Source of the DNA: Marinilabiliales bacterium | GTDB lineage: Bacteria; Bacteroidota; Bacteroidia; Bacteroidales; BM520 | Direction of reading: 5' to 3' | DNA: 58,290 nt | Assembly: GCA_002869405.1 (NCBI GenBank) | Contig: PKSY01000157.1 | Location: forward strand, 1-58,290 | In this document: positions 37,923 to 47,513 of the stretch, one piece after another | Layout: each line of letters opens with the position of its first letter | How positions within the stretch are numbered: position 1 is the first letter of the stretch | The notes under the pieces: model-generated | What the model was told of the DNA's origin: nothing | The model's database searches: none | The model's input: the letters and a program-made list of their open reading frames with translations, nothing else | Translations under genes and position numbers: made by a program

Positions 37923-39353
37923 ATGCGTTACAGATTCAACACATACCCACTGGTCGCACTGCTGGCCTTCCTGATGCTATCTCTGGTTACATCCGCACAA
38001 ACAGGCGGATACAAAATAGGCATTGAAATAAAAGGAATTCCCGATACTACTGCATACCTGGCATTTTACATGGGTGATAAAATCTACATTCAGGATACCG
38101 CCCGGGTCAATGACGGAGTTATGACCTTTGAACACAAGACAGATACGCTCAAAGGCGGAATGTATATTATTGCCGGACAGAAGAGCAACAAATACCTGGA
38201 ATTTCTGGTAAATAAAAACACACACTTTTCACTGCGCACTTCCATTGATGATTTAAGCGGTGAAATGAAAGCAAAAAACTCAAGAGAGAACAAACTCTTC
38301 TACACCTATATTGATTTCCTCAATAAACAACAGAAGATTATGGCTCCAATTAGAACCATGCTTGGAAATCCTGACATCGCAGAAGATTCTCTGGCATGGG
38401 CCCGCGAGCAGTCAGCCCTGGCAACAAAAAAGGTCGAACAGTACAGGGATGAGCTGATTGCAGAAAATCAGGGAACCTTCTTTGCCACATTTATAAAATC
38501 CACTATTGCGCCGGATATTCCGGAGTTACCTACCCTGCCCGATGGTTCTCCCGACTCATCGAAACTGTGGTATCTCTATAAATCTTCCTTTTGGGATAAT
38601 TATGACCTGACTGATGAGAAGCTGCTTCGCACGCCTGAGTTCAGCAGAAAAGTTGATTCTTATTTTGATGATGTGGTTTTTCAGCACCCGGACTCGCTGG
38701 CACAGGATATTGATGAACTGATTGAAAAATCAAAACCGGCATTTGACACCTATAAATATCTGATCTGGTATCTCACCCTGAAATACGAACGGTCGCAGAT
38801 TATGGGTTTTGATGCAGTTTTTGTGCACATGGCAAAAACCTATTATGAAAGCGGTATTGATACCTGGACAAATGCGACCGTCGTACAAAACATCATTGAC
38901 AGGGCAAACACCCTTGAACCTCTGTTGCTTGGAAAAACAGCCCCGCCACTGATTTTACTCGATACTTCAGGAGTTCTGCGAAGTCTTCACGATGTAAAAG
39001 CACGGTACACTATCGTTTTCTTTTGGGATACGGATTGCGGACACTGCAAAAAAGAAGTCCCCGTATTAAAAGAGTTCTACAAAAACTATAAAGAGATTTA
39101 TGACCTCGAGATTTATGGCGTCTGTTGTGATACATCGTTTACGACCATGAAGAAATACATGCAAGAAAAACAACTCGATTGGATCAACGTCAATGGTTAT
39201 TACAGTGCCTCAGGGGATTTCCACGACACCTACGACATCTACTCCACCCCGGTTATGTATCTGCTAAACGAAGAAAAAGAGATTATCGCAAAACGTTTGT
39301 TAACAAAAGAGTTACAAATGTTTATTGAAAGACTTGAGCAAAAAGAGCAATAA
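37923..39353 (+). CDS. DUF5106-like N-terminal domain fused to a TlpA-like thioredoxin domain
   Basis: 476 aa with signal peptide. C-terminal redoxin module with CxxC: FFWDTDCGHCKKEVP. Confidence 0.7.
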   Translation: MRYRFNTYPLVALLAFLMLSLVTSAQTGGYKIGIEIKGIPDTTAYLAFYMGDKIYIQDTARVNDGVMTFEHKTDTLKGGMYIIAGQKSNKYLEFLVNKNTHFSLRTSIDDLSGEMKAKNSRENKLFYTYIDFLNKQQKIMAPIRTMLGNPDIAEDSLAWAREQSALATKKVEQYRDELIAENQGTFFATFIKSTIAPDIPELPTLPDGSPDSSKLWYLYKSSFWDNYDLTDEKLLRTPEFSRKVDSYFDDVVFQHPDSLAQDIDELIEKSKPAFDTYKYLIWYLTLKYERSQIMGFDAVFVHMAKTYYESGIDTWTNATVVQNIIDRANTLEPLLLGKTAPPLILLDTSGVLRSLHDVKARYTIVFFWDTDCGHCKKEVPVLKEFYKNYKEIYDLEIYGVCCDTSFTTMKKYMQEKQLDWINVNGYYSASGDFHDTYDIYSTPVMYLLNEEKEIIAKRLLTKELQMFIERLEQKEQ

Positions 39354-39394
39354 ATTGTTATTTTAGCAGGAATAACTGACTTAATCATCGTATT

Positions 39395-40945
39395 ATGGAT
39401 TTATTTACAGAAGGTGACATTAGCGCTATTGAATCACACGGACTAACTGTGGCTCAGGCCGAAGAGCAAATCGAACAGTTTAAAAAAGGATTTCCCTATG
39501 CTGATTTGCAGGCGCCGGCAACTCCCGGCAATGGCATTGTTCAGTTATCGGAAAAACAGGTCAGCACCCTGGAAAAAGAGTATGATAAGCTGGTGCAAGG
39601 CGAAAAAGTGATAAAATTTGTTCCAGCCTCCGGTGCAGCTTCCCGAATGTTTAAAAAACTTTTTGCTTTCGCAGATTCTTTCTCCGGAACACCTGAAGAT
39701 TTTGAAGCCCTGACTTCAGATCAATCGACAGGTTCCATGCATTACTTCTTTGAAAATCTCCATGAATTCAGTTTCATTGATGAATTAAAACAGGTTTTAC
39801 ATAAAAACAACCTGGACCTGGCCGAACTTATGGCTTCCAAGGATTACAAAACCATTGTGGAGTATATTTTAAATGACAAAGGCCTTGGATATGGCTCTTT
39901 ACCTAAAGGACTTATTCATTTCCATACTTATGAAGATGAGGTACGTCTGGCTTTTGAGGAACATATCGTGGAAGCCTATAATTATTGTTTGCAGGAGAAT
40001 AGTGTAAAACTTCATTTTACGGTTTCTCCGGAACACATGGAGCTTTTTGAAAAACAGGCAGAGTATCTGTCGGGGAAATACAAAAACCTATATGGCATTG
40101 CTCCGCAAATATCCTTTTCAGTTCAAAAACTATCTACAGACACGCTGGCAGTAAATCCGGATAATACCTTATTCAGAGGTACTGACGGAGCCCCGGTTTT
40201 TCGTCCCGGTGGTCATGGTGCTTTGATTGAAAATCTCAATGAGCTGGATGCAGGACTGATTTTCATAAAAAACATTGATAATGTAGTTCCTGACAGGATA
40301 AAAGATGAGACCTATGCATATAAAAAAGCTTGTGGCGCACTTCTTCTGGAGATGAAAAACAGAGTGTTCAGGTATCTTGAGATTCTTGACAATGCCGAAG
40401 TTTCTGATGAAGAGATTCAGGAGATGTATGCGTTTGCCCTGAATGATCTTTTTATTGCGGAAGAGAAAGAATTTAATTCTTATAACAGAATCGAAAGGAT
40501 TGATTTTCTGTATAATGCACTCAACCGACCGATGAGAATCTGCGGAATGGTAAAGAACGAAGGCGAGCCGGGTGGTGGTCCTTTTTGGGTAAAAGACCTT
40601 GACGGAAAAATCTCCTTACAGATAATTGAAGGAGCTCAGATCGACCGCAAGAATCCTGAACAGGAGAAGATATTGGCCGCATCCACACATTTTAACCCGG
40701 TAGATCTTATTTGCAGCACGATAGATTATAAAAACGAAAATTTTGATCTCAGACAATACATTGACAGGAACACGGGGTTTATTTCTGAAAAGTCGAAAGA
40801 CGGAAAGCCTCTAAAAGCGCTGGAGTTACCGGGATTATGGAATGGTGCTATGGCCAACTGGATCACCGTTTTTGTGGAAGTTCCGTTAATCACATTCAAT
40901 CCTGTGAAAGAAGTTAACGACCTTTTGCGCCCGAATCATCTTTAG
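39395..40945 (+). CDS. DUF4301 family protein
   Basis: 516 aa. The N-terminus (ESHGLTVAQAEEQIEQFKKGFPYADLQAPATPGNGI) and the length match my recollection of DUF4301. Confidence 0.65.
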   Translation: MDLFTEGDISAIESHGLTVAQAEEQIEQFKKGFPYADLQAPATPGNGIVQLSEKQVSTLEKEYDKLVQGEKVIKFVPASGAASRMFKKLFAFADSFSGTPEDFEALTSDQSTGSMHYFFENLHEFSFIDELKQVLHKNNLDLAELMASKDYKTIVEYILNDKGLGYGSLPKGLIHFHTYEDEVRLAFEEHIVEAYNYCLQENSVKLHFTVSPEHMELFEKQAEYLSGKYKNLYGIAPQISFSVQKLSTDTLAVNPDNTLFRGTDGAPVFRPGGHGALIENLNELDAGLIFIKNIDNVVPDRIKDETYAYKKACGALLLEMKNRVFRYLEILDNAEVSDEEIQEMYAFALNDLFIAEEKEFNSYNRIERIDFLYNALNRPMRICGMVKNEGEPGGGPFWVKDLDGKISLQIIEGAQIDRKNPEQEKILAASTHFNPVDLICSTIDYKNENFDLRQYIDRNTGFISEKSKDGKPLKALELPGLWNGAMANWITVFVEVPLITFNPVKEVNDLLRPNHL

Positions 40946-41074
40946 GGGTATATTTTGCAGTATACAAACGACCCTTATCACAATAAGTTATCAACATTTT
41001 AGGCTGAAATAACTTTTAAATAAAAAATGTGGGATTTTTCCTTTTTGGATTTGTTTAAACCAAAATTAATGACG

Positions 41075-41082
41075 TATATTTG
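41075..41082 (+). promoter_or_regulatory. Bacteroidota -7 promoter box
   Basis: TATATTTG lies 39 nt upstream of rplS ATG 41122. It overlaps the TTG start of the track ORF. Confidence 0.5.
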
Positions 41083-41121
41083 CACTCCTTTTTTGGAAGA
41101 AACACAAATATCCTGAAAGTG

Positions 41122-41475
41122 ATGAGCAAGAACGAGAAATTACAGTACATTGAGAACCTGACAGAGATCAAGGAATATCCGGCATTTCAGGCTGGTGATA
41201 CGATCACCGTAACATATAAAATTGTAGAAGGCGGAAAAGAAAGATTACAGAAATTTCAGGGTGTTGTATTACAGCGCCGCGGAAGTGGAAACACTGAAAC
41301 TTTCACAGTAAGAAAAATTTCCGGTGGTATTGGAGTTGAGAGAATTTTCCCTTCAGCCAGTCCATTTATTGAGGAAATCGTAGTTAACAAACACGGTAAA
41401 GTGCGCAGAGCACGTATCTTCTACCTTCGTGGCCTTAGAGGTAAAAAAGCGCGTATTAAAGAACGTAGAATATAA
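41122..41475 (+). CDS. rplS: 50S ribosomal protein L19
   Basis: Trimmed to [14 protein letters not shown]19 core [56 protein letters not shown]. Confidence 0.95.
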   Translation: MSKNEKLQYIENLTEIKEYPAFQAGDTITVTYKIVEGGKERLQKFQGVVLQRRGSGNTETFTVRKISGGIGVERIFPSASPFIEEIVVNKHGKVRRARIFYLRGLRGKKARIKERRI

Positions 41476-41496
41476 TAGCCCTGTCTATCAAGACAC

Positions 41497-41537
41497 AAAA
41501 AGCCTCCATCCGCATATCTTTGGATTGAGGCTTTTTT
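41497..41537 (+). terminator. Intrinsic terminator after rplS
   Basis: agcctccatcc ... ggattgaggct (one mismatch) followed by TTTTTT. Confidence 0.75.
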
Positions 41538-41579
41538 ATATGCCCTGAAATAACCCTTTGTTTTTACAAGTGATTTTTC

Positions 41580-41587
41580 TAAGTTTG
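41580..41587 (+). promoter_or_regulatory. Bacteroidota -7 promoter box
   Basis: TAAGTTTG lies 17 nt upstream of ATG 41605. Confidence 0.5.
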
Positions 41588-41604
41588 TGGCAAACAGAGC
41601 AACT

Positions 41605-43212
41605 ATGAAAAATCTTTACTTCCTTTTGGTACTGTTAACAGTGCCATTCCTCAGCTATTCACAGCTTCCTGAAACATACGACCTTCGGGATGTAGATGGT
41701 GTTAACTATGTAACATCCATCAAAAGCCAGCAAGGTGGTACTTGCTGGACACATGGCACTTATGCCTCCATGGAAGGTAATATGCTAATTACAAATGCAT
41801 GGGCTGATGCCGGAGAGACCGGAGAACCCGCCCTGGCAGAATATCACCTCGATTGGTGGAATGGATTCAATCAACACAATAATGACGATACAGACCCACC
41901 TTCAGGAGGAGGACTGGAAGTGCATATGGGTGGTGATTACCGCGTCGCAACAGCATACTTCTCCCGTGGCGAAGGCGCTGTCAGAGAAATCGACGGGCAA
42001 TCATACAACAACCCACCGGCTCGTCACAACGACTCCTACCACTATTATTACCCACGCACAGTTGAATGGTACACCATGCCATCAAACAGCATTGTAAATA
42101 TTGATGTGATAAAGCAGAAGATTATCGACCACGGCGTCATGGCAACTTGTATGTGCTACGATAATTCTTTTATTAACTCGAGTTACATCCATTATCAGCC
42201 ACCAACAGACCTTACAGACCCTAATCACTCTGTGGCAATAATCGGCTGGGACGACAACCTCGAGACTCAGGCTGCCCTGCCCGGCGCATGGCTTTGCAAA
42301 AACTCCTGGGGTACATGGTGGGGAAATGACGGATATTTCTGGATCTCATATTATGACAAGCACGCATGCCGGAACATTGAAATGGGAGCAATCTCTTTCC
42401 AGGAAGTAGAGCCTATGCAATATGAAAAGGTCTTTTATCATGACTACCACGGCTGGCGCGACCAGGTGGAAAACGTAACTCTCGCAGCCAACCGCTTCGA
42501 CCTTGACGATGACTATATTCTTGAAGCAGTGAGCTTCTTCTCAAATGCGCAGGATATCACCTATACAGCAACAATCTTTGAAACCATGGGAAGCAATGGC
42601 CCTGAAAATGAAATCGCTTCCATGACAGGTACTATTGAACATATCGGTTTCCACACTTATGATTTTGAGCAGCCCGTTGATCTTACCGGTCTCACAGAAT
42701 TTGTGATCCAGCTTGAGCTCTCAGACGGTGGTATGCCTTATGACCGAACATCAGACATTCCCGTTCTGCTTGGTGCTTCATCACGAACTATTGTAGATTC
42801 ATATGCTGAAGAGAATCAAAGTTTCTATTATAACCCTGAAACATCTGCCTGGGAAGATTTCTACAACTATGACGACCCAAGCGGGTTCAACAATACAGGC
42901 AACTTCTGTATCAAAGGTCTGGGAGCTGAATCAACAGTAGGAATTAACAGCTACGATATTGACAACATGCAGATATTCCCCAACCCTGCACAAAATATGG
43001 CGACCCTTACATTTACTGCTGGTGAAAACGGTGTGGCCAATATTGTAATCACTGATATGTCGGGAAGAGCTGTGATGTCGATTAATGCTAATGTAGCATC
43101 AGGAATGAATTCAATCCCTGTGGAGATTAACAACATAGAACCCGGGTTCTACACTATACATGCGGAACAAGGTTCACAAATCATCTCACGAAACAAGATA
43201 ATCATTAAATAA
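41605..43212 (+). CDS. C1 (papain-like) cysteine peptidase with T9SS C-terminal sorting domain
   Basis: Trimmed to MKNLYFLLVLL (signal peptide). Catalytic motifs SQQGGTCWTHG, NHSVAIIGWDD, KNSWGTWWGNDGYFWISY. The last ~80 aa (MQIFPNPAQNMATLTF...IIIK) form a T9SS CTD. Confidence 0.85.
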   Translation: MKNLYFLLVLLTVPFLSYSQLPETYDLRDVDGVNYVTSIKSQQGGTCWTHGTYASMEGNMLITNAWADAGETGEPALAEYHLDWWNGFNQHNNDDTDPPSGGGLEVHMGGDYRVATAYFSRGEGAVREIDGQSYNNPPARHNDSYHYYYPRTVEWYTMPSNSIVNIDVIKQKIIDHGVMATCMCYDNSFINSSYIHYQPPTDLTDPNHSVAIIGWDDNLETQAALPGAWLCKNSWGTWWGNDGYFWISYYDKHACRNIEMGAISFQEVEPMQYEKVFYHDYHGWRDQVENVTLAANRFDLDDDYILEAVSFFSNAQDITYTATIFETMGSNGPENEIASMTGTIEHIGFHTYDFEQPVDLTGLTEFVIQLELSDGGMPYDRTSDIPVLLGASSRTIVDSYAEENQSFYYNPETSAWEDFYNYDDPSGFNNTGNFCIKGLGAESTVGINSYDIDNMQIFPNPAQNMATLTFTAGENGVANIVITDMSGRAVMSINANVASGMNSIPVEINNIEPGFYTIHAEQGSQIISRNKIIIK

Positions 43213-43234
43213 TATCAGATTATTTCTTTTTGGA

Positions 43235-43269
43235 AAGGCTGTTCAACACGTTGGACAGCCTTTTATTTT
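43235..43269 (+). terminator. Intrinsic terminator after the C1 peptidase gene
   Basis: aaggctgt ... acagcctt followed by TTTATTTT. Confidence 0.6.
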
Positions 43270-43335
43270 AGACAGACACGAACGATCGGGTTTTGAGAAG
43301 TAATGTTAGCCACAAGGGTATTTTGGTAAATATTG

Positions 43336-43355
43336 ATACGCACGACAGTGCGTAT
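43336..43355. repeat. Palindromic element ATACGCAC-N4-GTGCGTAT (copy 1 of 3 in window)
   Basis: 8-bp perfect stem with a 4-nt loop (GACA). The same stem occurs at 50531-50552 and 50766-50787. Confidence 0.7.
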
Positions 43356-43394
43356 TTACTGAGAGAAGGATAAATTAATTTAGATGAACTCGTA

Positions 43395-44090
43395 CTATTG
43401 CGGGTCATCGGGAAGTTTACCCATCGTGTATTCCTGTTCTTTCACCATTGTGCCATCCTGATCGAAGAAGACCCATTTGCCGTGTTTGAGGTTTTTGACA
43501 TAGGAACCACGCACCATTACCTTGCCATCCGGATGATAATATACGGATTCACCTTCGAGAAGATCATTGACATATGTTCCTGTGACTTTTAACGTTCCAT
43601 CCGTAAAATACTGTTTCCACGGACCGTTTTTCCTGTCATTTTCATAGGTTGTCTCTTCATTGAGGGTACCATTATAGTAATAAACTTTCCAGATTCCGGT
43701 TTTCAACCCATTGTCGTAATACTCTTCACTGATAAGTTTTTCATCCTCATCATAAAATTTCCACTCACCATCACGGTTTTTATTCACATAAGTACCCTCA
43801 GACATCACCTTTCCATTTCTGTGAAAAGTTTTTGATGACGCTTTAAGTACCTCACCATCTTCATAGGGCAGTTCCGCTTTTTTTGTTCCGTCTTCAAAGA
43901 AGTATGTAAAGAGCCCTGTTGGTTTATCATCAGAAAAAGCACCGGTATAAATCAGCTGACCCTCAGCATTATACTTAGCCCATTCGCCTTGTTTCAGACC
44001 ATTTTCATCGATACTGTTCGGGGCTTTCTGCGCAAACAGAAAACAGGGAGCAGCAAGAACGGCTGCCAGGAGTAATGTTTTACGAATCAT
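43395..44090 (-). CDS. MORN-repeat-variant / YwqK-family repeat protein, secreted
   Basis: Trimmed to MIRKTLLLAAVLAAPCFLFAQ (signal peptide). Repeated G-W-x-Y-x-x-G-x-L modules (GEWAKYNAEGQL, GEWKFYDEDEKL, GIWKVYYYNGTL, GPWKQYFTDGTL, GKWVFFDQDGTM). Confidence 0.75.
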   Translation of the reverse strand: MIRKTLLLAAVLAAPCFLFAQKAPNSIDENGLKQGEWAKYNAEGQLIYTGAFSDDKPTGLFTYFFEDGTKKAELPYEDGEVLKASSKTFHRNGKVMSEGTYVNKNRDGEWKFYDEDEKLISEEYYDNGLKTGIWKVYYYNGTLNEETTYENDRKNGPWKQYFTDGTLKVTGTYVNDLLEGESVYYHPDGKVMVRGSYVKNLKHGKWVFFDQDGTMVKEQEYTMGKLPDDPQ

Positions 44091-44114
44091 GGGGATTGTA
44101 TCCATAAGTTTCAG

Positions 44115-44122
44115 TAAATTTG
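44115..44122 (+). promoter_or_regulatory. Bacteroidota -7 promoter box
   Basis: TAAATTTG lies 41 nt upstream of the recR GTG start. Confidence 0.45.
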
Positions 44123-44163
44123 CCTCAAAATTACAATAACGTTCTGTAAACAAAAAAATTATC

Positions 44164-44793
44164 GTGAGCCAAATACCATCCAAAAAAGTCGAAAATGCAG
44201 TAGATGCCCTCTCCAGGTTGCCCGGAATAGGCAGGAAAACCGCGCTGCGTCTGGCTTTACATATTCTGAAAGGAGATGATATAGAAGCTGAATATCTTAG
44301 TAATTCTATTCTGAAGATGAAAAAAGATATTCGTTACTGCACTACTTGTCATAATATTTCAGATTTATAACAGTGCGAGATATGTTCAAATCCGCTGCGA
44401 CAGGAAGGACTCATATGCGTAGTTGAGGATGTGCGTGATTTTTTAGCCATTGAAAACACCGGGCAGTTTAAAGGGCGATACCATATCCTTGGAGGAGTTA
44501 TCTCTCCGATGGACGGGGTAAGTCCGTCGGATTTAAACCTTGACTCACTGATAAAGCGCGTCGAAGCTGAACAAATTGAAGAGATTATACTTGCTTTACC
44601 GACAACAGTTGAAGGTGATACCACCGGATACTTCATCTATAAAAAACTAAAAGATAAACCACTTAAAATAACAACTTTAGCCCGCGGAGTTGCCGTAGGT
44701 GATGAATTGGAATATACCGATGAGATAACCCTTGGCCGGAGTATCCTGCACCGTATGCCCTATGAAGGATCTTCATCAAAGAGATCCAGCTGA
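44164..44793 (+). pseudogene. recR: Recombination protein RecR interrupted by one in-frame TAA (44368-44370)
   Basis: Track ORFs 44164-44370 and 44431-44793 share one frame. The N-part has the HhH LSRLPGIGRKTALRLA and the first Cys pair of the zinc finger (CTTC). Read-through gives [33 protein letters not shown]... followed by the Toprim domain. Confidence 0.85.
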
Positions 44794-44993
44794 TTGGGCA
44801 TAGGAATCTCTTCCGGCCGGGATTCAGCATAAAGCTCAATATACGGACGAATTGAACGCTTTATAAGCTTTATCGGAGTAGTATGGCGCGCCCTGCAATA
44901 GTTCATTAACGAGCGTTTCTGCCGGGAGGAGAGCTTAAAAGTAATCTCTTTGTAAACAGTTATCTTTGTTTTGCGTTTGATACTCATGGCCAT
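44760..44993 (-). CDS. Small hypothetical protein, possibly ribbon-helix-helix DNA-binding
   Basis: 77 aa. ITFKLSSRQKRSLMNYCRARHTTPIKLIKRSI has a strand-helix-helix pattern, followed by an acidic tail. 34-nt convergent overlap with the recR end. Confidence 0.45.
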   Translation of the reverse strand: MAMSIKRKTKITVYKEITFKLSSRQKRSLMNYCRARHTTPIKLIKRSIRPYIELYAESRPEEIPMPNQLDLFDEDPS

Positions 44994-45040
44994 CGTTTTA
45001 AGTGGGAACTAAATATACAAAAACCTAACATTCTTTCATA

Positions 45041-46408
45041 ATGGAACGGCATAAATTATCCAAATCAACTTACATTCGTGGATTACAATGTACCAAATCA
45101 CTCTATTTACATAAAAAAAGACCTTTTCTTCGCGACAAACTCCCGCCGGAACAGCGTGCACGTTTCACGCGGGGGCACAGCATCGGCGAACTGGCACACA
45201 ACCTCTTCCCGGGTGGAGTAAACATGGCGCCAAAATCTCCTTCACAATACCCCAAAGCCGTTGTTAATACACTCGACGAGATAAAAAAAGAGACCCCTGT
45301 AATATACGAAGCTACATTCCAGCACATGAAGACGCTGGTTATGCTCGACATCCTGACGCGGGAAAATGGCAAATATTATGGTTATGAAGTAAAAAGCTCC
45401 CTGAAAATTTCAGATACCTACCTTAAAGATACGGCTCTGCAGTATTGGGTTATCACTAACAGCGGCATCACCCTGGAAGACTTTTTCCTGATAACAGTAA
45501 ATCCAGAATACAAGAGAAAAGAACCGATTGTGGCGGAAGATTACTTCATAAAAACAAGTGTGCTTGAAAAAATTCTGCCTATGCAGGAGGGCATTGAAGA
45601 GCGAGTCACAAAATTCATCGCTCTGTTTGATGAGCCACACTCGCCAAGAAAAAAGATCGGACCGCAATGCAACACCCCCTACCCTTGCGATTTCAGAGGT
45701 TTATGCTGGAAGACTGTCCCGGAAATCTCCGTGTTTGATTTAATGCATCTGGATGATAATATGGCTTTCAAATACTATCACAAGGAGATGGAAACGCCCG
45801 AAAGTATCAAATCTCAGCCAACTGAGAATCCGTTATTGCAAAAAGAGATTGATCTGGTAATCAACAATACGGTATATGTGGAAGACCTGCTTTCAGAAAA
45901 ACTCCGTAATCATCAGGTTCTTTTCCTTGCTACTGCAAAACCGGCCTTTCCGCTTTTTGAAGATGCGGCACCTTATGAGGAGACTGCTATAGCCGCAGCG
46001 TTTCCAAAAGGCGAATTCATTGAGTCTGTCGTTTTTTATAATAAGGAAGAAGGAAATACCTTTATTCGCAATTTCATGGCTGAGCATCCTGAGGTTATCA
46101 CTATGGAAGGAATACCTGAAGGAATTTCAGACACGGAAAATACAAATATCCTTTACGAGAAGCGTAACCTAAACCTGTTTCTCCCTGAGTTAACGGGTAA
46201 AGAGCGTGTAGATGAAATCATAGCAGTGATGCATCCGGAAATTACAGATGCGCCATATTCGGACAGGTTTACTGCAGCAACAGCATGGCAGGGATTAATC
46301 TCCGAATCACCTGAGATGCAGGATGATATCATTGACGGCCTGGCCCGCTATGCAGAGAGCGGTGCCACAGCCATGATGGAAATTATCAGACGGTTACCTA
46401 TTGATTAA
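45041..46408 (+). CDS. DUF2779 family protein (Cas4/RecB-like PD-(D/E)XK nuclease fold with Cys cluster)
   Basis: 455 aa. N-terminus LSKSTYIRGLQCTKSLYL. Motifs DILT...YGYEVKSS (D...E-x-K). Cys cluster QCNTPYPCDFRGLCW. Confidence 0.65.
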   Translation: MERHKLSKSTYIRGLQCTKSLYLHKKRPFLRDKLPPEQRARFTRGHSIGELAHNLFPGGVNMAPKSPSQYPKAVVNTLDEIKKETPVIYEATFQHMKTLVMLDILTRENGKYYGYEVKSSLKISDTYLKDTALQYWVITNSGITLEDFFLITVNPEYKRKEPIVAEDYFIKTSVLEKILPMQEGIEERVTKFIALFDEPHSPRKKIGPQCNTPYPCDFRGLCWKTVPEISVFDLMHLDDNMAFKYYHKEMETPESIKSQPTENPLLQKEIDLVINNTVYVEDLLSEKLRNHQVLFLATAKPAFPLFEDAAPYEETAIAAAFPKGEFIESVVFYNKEEGNTFIRNFMAEHPEVITMEGIPEGISDTENTNILYEKRNLNLFLPELTGKERVDEIIAVMHPEITDAPYSDRFTAATAWQGLISESPEMQDDIIDGLARYAESGATAMMEIIRRLPID

Positions 46409-47513
46409 GAAGCTCTTCAAGCTTATAGCGTAATTCGCCCCCACGCAGCTTAACAGCAACAATGTTTCCTTCAGGATCTACCAATACAGTATGAGGAATG
46501 GCGCGCACTGCATATAACTTAGCAGGCGCAGACTGCCATTTTTTGAGGTCGCTAACATGATCCCAGATGAGTCCGTCATCCTCGATAGCCCCGAGCCATT
46601 TGTCACGGTCGTCGTCAAGTGAAACGCCAAGAATTTCAAAACCCTTGTCCTTAAATTCATTGTAAAGCGCCACTACTTTGGGGTTTTCGCGACGGCATGG
46701 ACCGCACCACGATGCCCAGAAATCAAGCAACAGGTACTTTCCACGATAATCCGACACCTTTATCAGCTCTCCGTCCGGAGATTCAAGTTCAAAGTCAGGT
46801 GCAGGTTTTCCGGGCTTCATTGTTGCCTCGGCGGTTACCGTATAATTCAGCTCCTGAACATATACATTCTCCGGGAAGTTGGCCATCAGGTTTGCATTCA
46901 CTTCTTCAAAAAGATCCAGCTCCTTATTGATATCAAGTTTATTCAGGTAAAACAGGTTGGCCAGGGACGAAGAGTTGTTTTTGGCGAATTCACGAATTAC
47001 CGAGCGCTGTCCTTCTTCAATCTCCTCACCAATTTTTGCAAACATATCGCGCTGCTCCTGGCGCTCCTGATCGGATGCCAATGCTGAATATGCCTTGTTG
47101 AGCGAATCGAGACGAATTTCAAACGGACGTAAACTATTACCTACATTCAAAAAATGTGTGGTAAAATCACTACCACTTATTTTCACGTTTTCACGAATGG
47201 GGAATCCGGAAATATCAAGCTTTACAGCCTCTCCGGGCTGAATTATAAGATATAAAAAGTCATTGTTCGGAAAGTCGAGCTGGTAAAAATCAGCGGATTG
47301 TGGTTCAAAAGAGATTTCAAATTCACCATCATTCACAATAGCTTCAGAAATCAGTGTCTTTGCCCTGTCGAGCTTTTTCAGGGTTACTTTCTCAAAAGCT
47401 TCCATGTCGCTGAATTTTCCTTTCAACACAACCGTGCTATTATCCTTTTTTCCATTACAGGAGATTGCAGCGACTACAATCATGACCAATGCCAGGTATT
47501 TTCCAATTTTCAT
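46398..47513 (-). CDS. TlpA-family thiol:disulfide oxidoreductase lipoprotein (DUF4369-like N-domain + thioredoxin domain)
   Basis: Trimmed to MKIGKYLALVMIVVAAISC. CxxC motif DFWASWCGPCRRENP. Confidence 0.8.
   Translation of the reverse strand: MKIGKYLALVMIVVAAISCNGKKDNSTVVLKGKFSDMEAFEKVTLKKLDRAKTLISEAIVNDGEFEISFEPQSADFYQLDFPNNDFLYLIIQPGEAVKLDISGFPIRENVKISGSDFTTHFLNVGNSLRPFEIRLDSLNKAYSALASDQERQEQRDMFAKIGEEIEEGQRSVIREFAKNNSSSLANLFYLNKLDINKELDLFEEVNANLMANFPENVYVQELNYTVTAEATMKPGKPAPDFELESPDGELIKVSDYRGKYLLLDFWASWCGPCRRENPKVVALYNEFKDKGFEILGVSLDDDRDKWLGAIEDDGLIWDHVSDLKKWQSAPAKLYAVRAIPHTVLVDPEGNIVAVKLRGGELRYKLEELLNQ

Noticed and set aside
37052-39353. Histidine kinase plus thioredoxin-like protein as a redox-sensing two-component system.
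   Set aside because: There is no response regulator, and the kinase has no recognisable sensor domain. Adjacency alone (a 13-nt gap) is insufficient, so I left it as plain annotation.
43395-44090. YwqK-family 'antitoxin', hence a toxin-antitoxin module.
   Set aside because: The protein has a signal peptide and is a MORN-variant repeat protein. No toxin-like partner gene is adjacent; the neighbours are a protease terminator and recR.
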